DNA from: Tubulanus polymorphus
Taxonomy: Eukaryota; Animalia; Nemertea
Assembly (NCBI RefSeq): GCF_964204645.1
Contig: NC_134029.1
Location: forward strand, 19,028,950-19,092,949
DNA length: 64,000 nucleotides
Direction: 5' to 3'
Every line of letters starts with the position of its first letter. Positions within the stretch are counted from its first letter, which is position 1. The notes beneath the pieces were generated by a model. The model ran no database searches. It was not told the origin of the DNA and saw only the letters and a program-made list of their open reading frames with translations. A program made the position numbers and the translations under genes. This document shows positions 63,572 to 64,000 of this stretch, one piece after another.

Positions 63572-63750
63572 GTCTCTCAGTAGCTCAGTGAGATAAGCCG
63601 TGAATCTGTTGCATTCTTCATAAAAATAAAGAGTAACAAGTGGGTTCATGTCCTGCTGGCTGCTTAGATCAAAGGCCATCCCGTCGTGAAGTTAAAGAAT
63701 AATCCAATTGGGAAACCAAGATCCAAGCAACGTAAAGCCAAACCAAACGA
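63572..63750 (+). mobile_element. tRNA-derived SINE remnant
   Basis: A-box TAGCTCAGTGAG, B-box GGGTTCATGTCC, tail ACGTAAAGCCAAACCAAAC. No intact cloverleaf is evident. Confidence 0.5.
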
Positions 63751-64000
63751 ATGATCGTATAGTTTCAACATTGGATATTTACATAAACCACAAAACAAGC
63801 GACTAGCAAGTAAGGTGTATTTGGTAGCCCCATCCAATTTCAAAAGCTTACCCCCAGGATTGTATTAGGTAACTTTAAATTAATGAGAGGAGGCCTAGTC
63901 CTCCTTTTGAACTTTTTGGTTTGATCATGAAACGGAAAACAAAATGGCGGATTTTTGAACTACCGGTACAGAAAATTAAGGTTTATAGTATAGGTTCTTG

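Noticed and set aside
63572-63660. Possible tRNA gene
   Set aside because: A and B boxes are present but there is no acceptor or anticodon stem, and it continues into a SINE-like body and tail.
63852-63930. Possible EMC6 first coding exon (donor GGGG|gtaagc at 63852/63851)
   Set aside because: The nearest ATG (about 63928) reaches a stop before the donor. It could be a UTR exon, but the start exon cannot be supported.

Overview
This is eukaryotic, intron-rich, AT-rich animal DNA. It is probably from a spiralian or other marine invertebrate, which is an inference from the gene and repeat content. Four protein-coding genes can be assembled by hand with consistent splice phases. (1) The 3' 12 exons of a DLC1/STARD13/crossveinless-c-type SAM-RhoGAP-START gene (+, 5428-13003). 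(2) A complete 10-exon RNA polymerase II elongation factor ELL gene (-, 51047-24590, 602 aa), convergent with the RhoGAP gene and apparently carrying a very long 3' UTR. (3) A perilipin gene (-, about 60790-51620) with a non-coding first exon, two or three alternative C-terminal exons and a candidate 12-nt microexon. (4) The 3' part of EMC6 (-, 63499-61620), whose last two introns are both U12-type (minor spliceosome) and flank a 20-nt exon. Introns and UTRs are full of short non-autonomous repeats: Harbinger-, pogo-, piggyBac- and hAT-like MITEs, Helentron/DINE-like elements, tRNA-SINEs, a LINE 3' fragment and Penelope-like inverted fragments. One is a 2065-bp TIR element with an 8-bp target duplication that carries nested 42-bp inverted arrays and a 50-bp minisatellite. 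Most short ORFs in the supplied track are antisense or repeat artefacts. No prokaryotic features, CRISPR arrays, rRNA or intact tRNA genes were seen. All calls were made by eye, without database searches.
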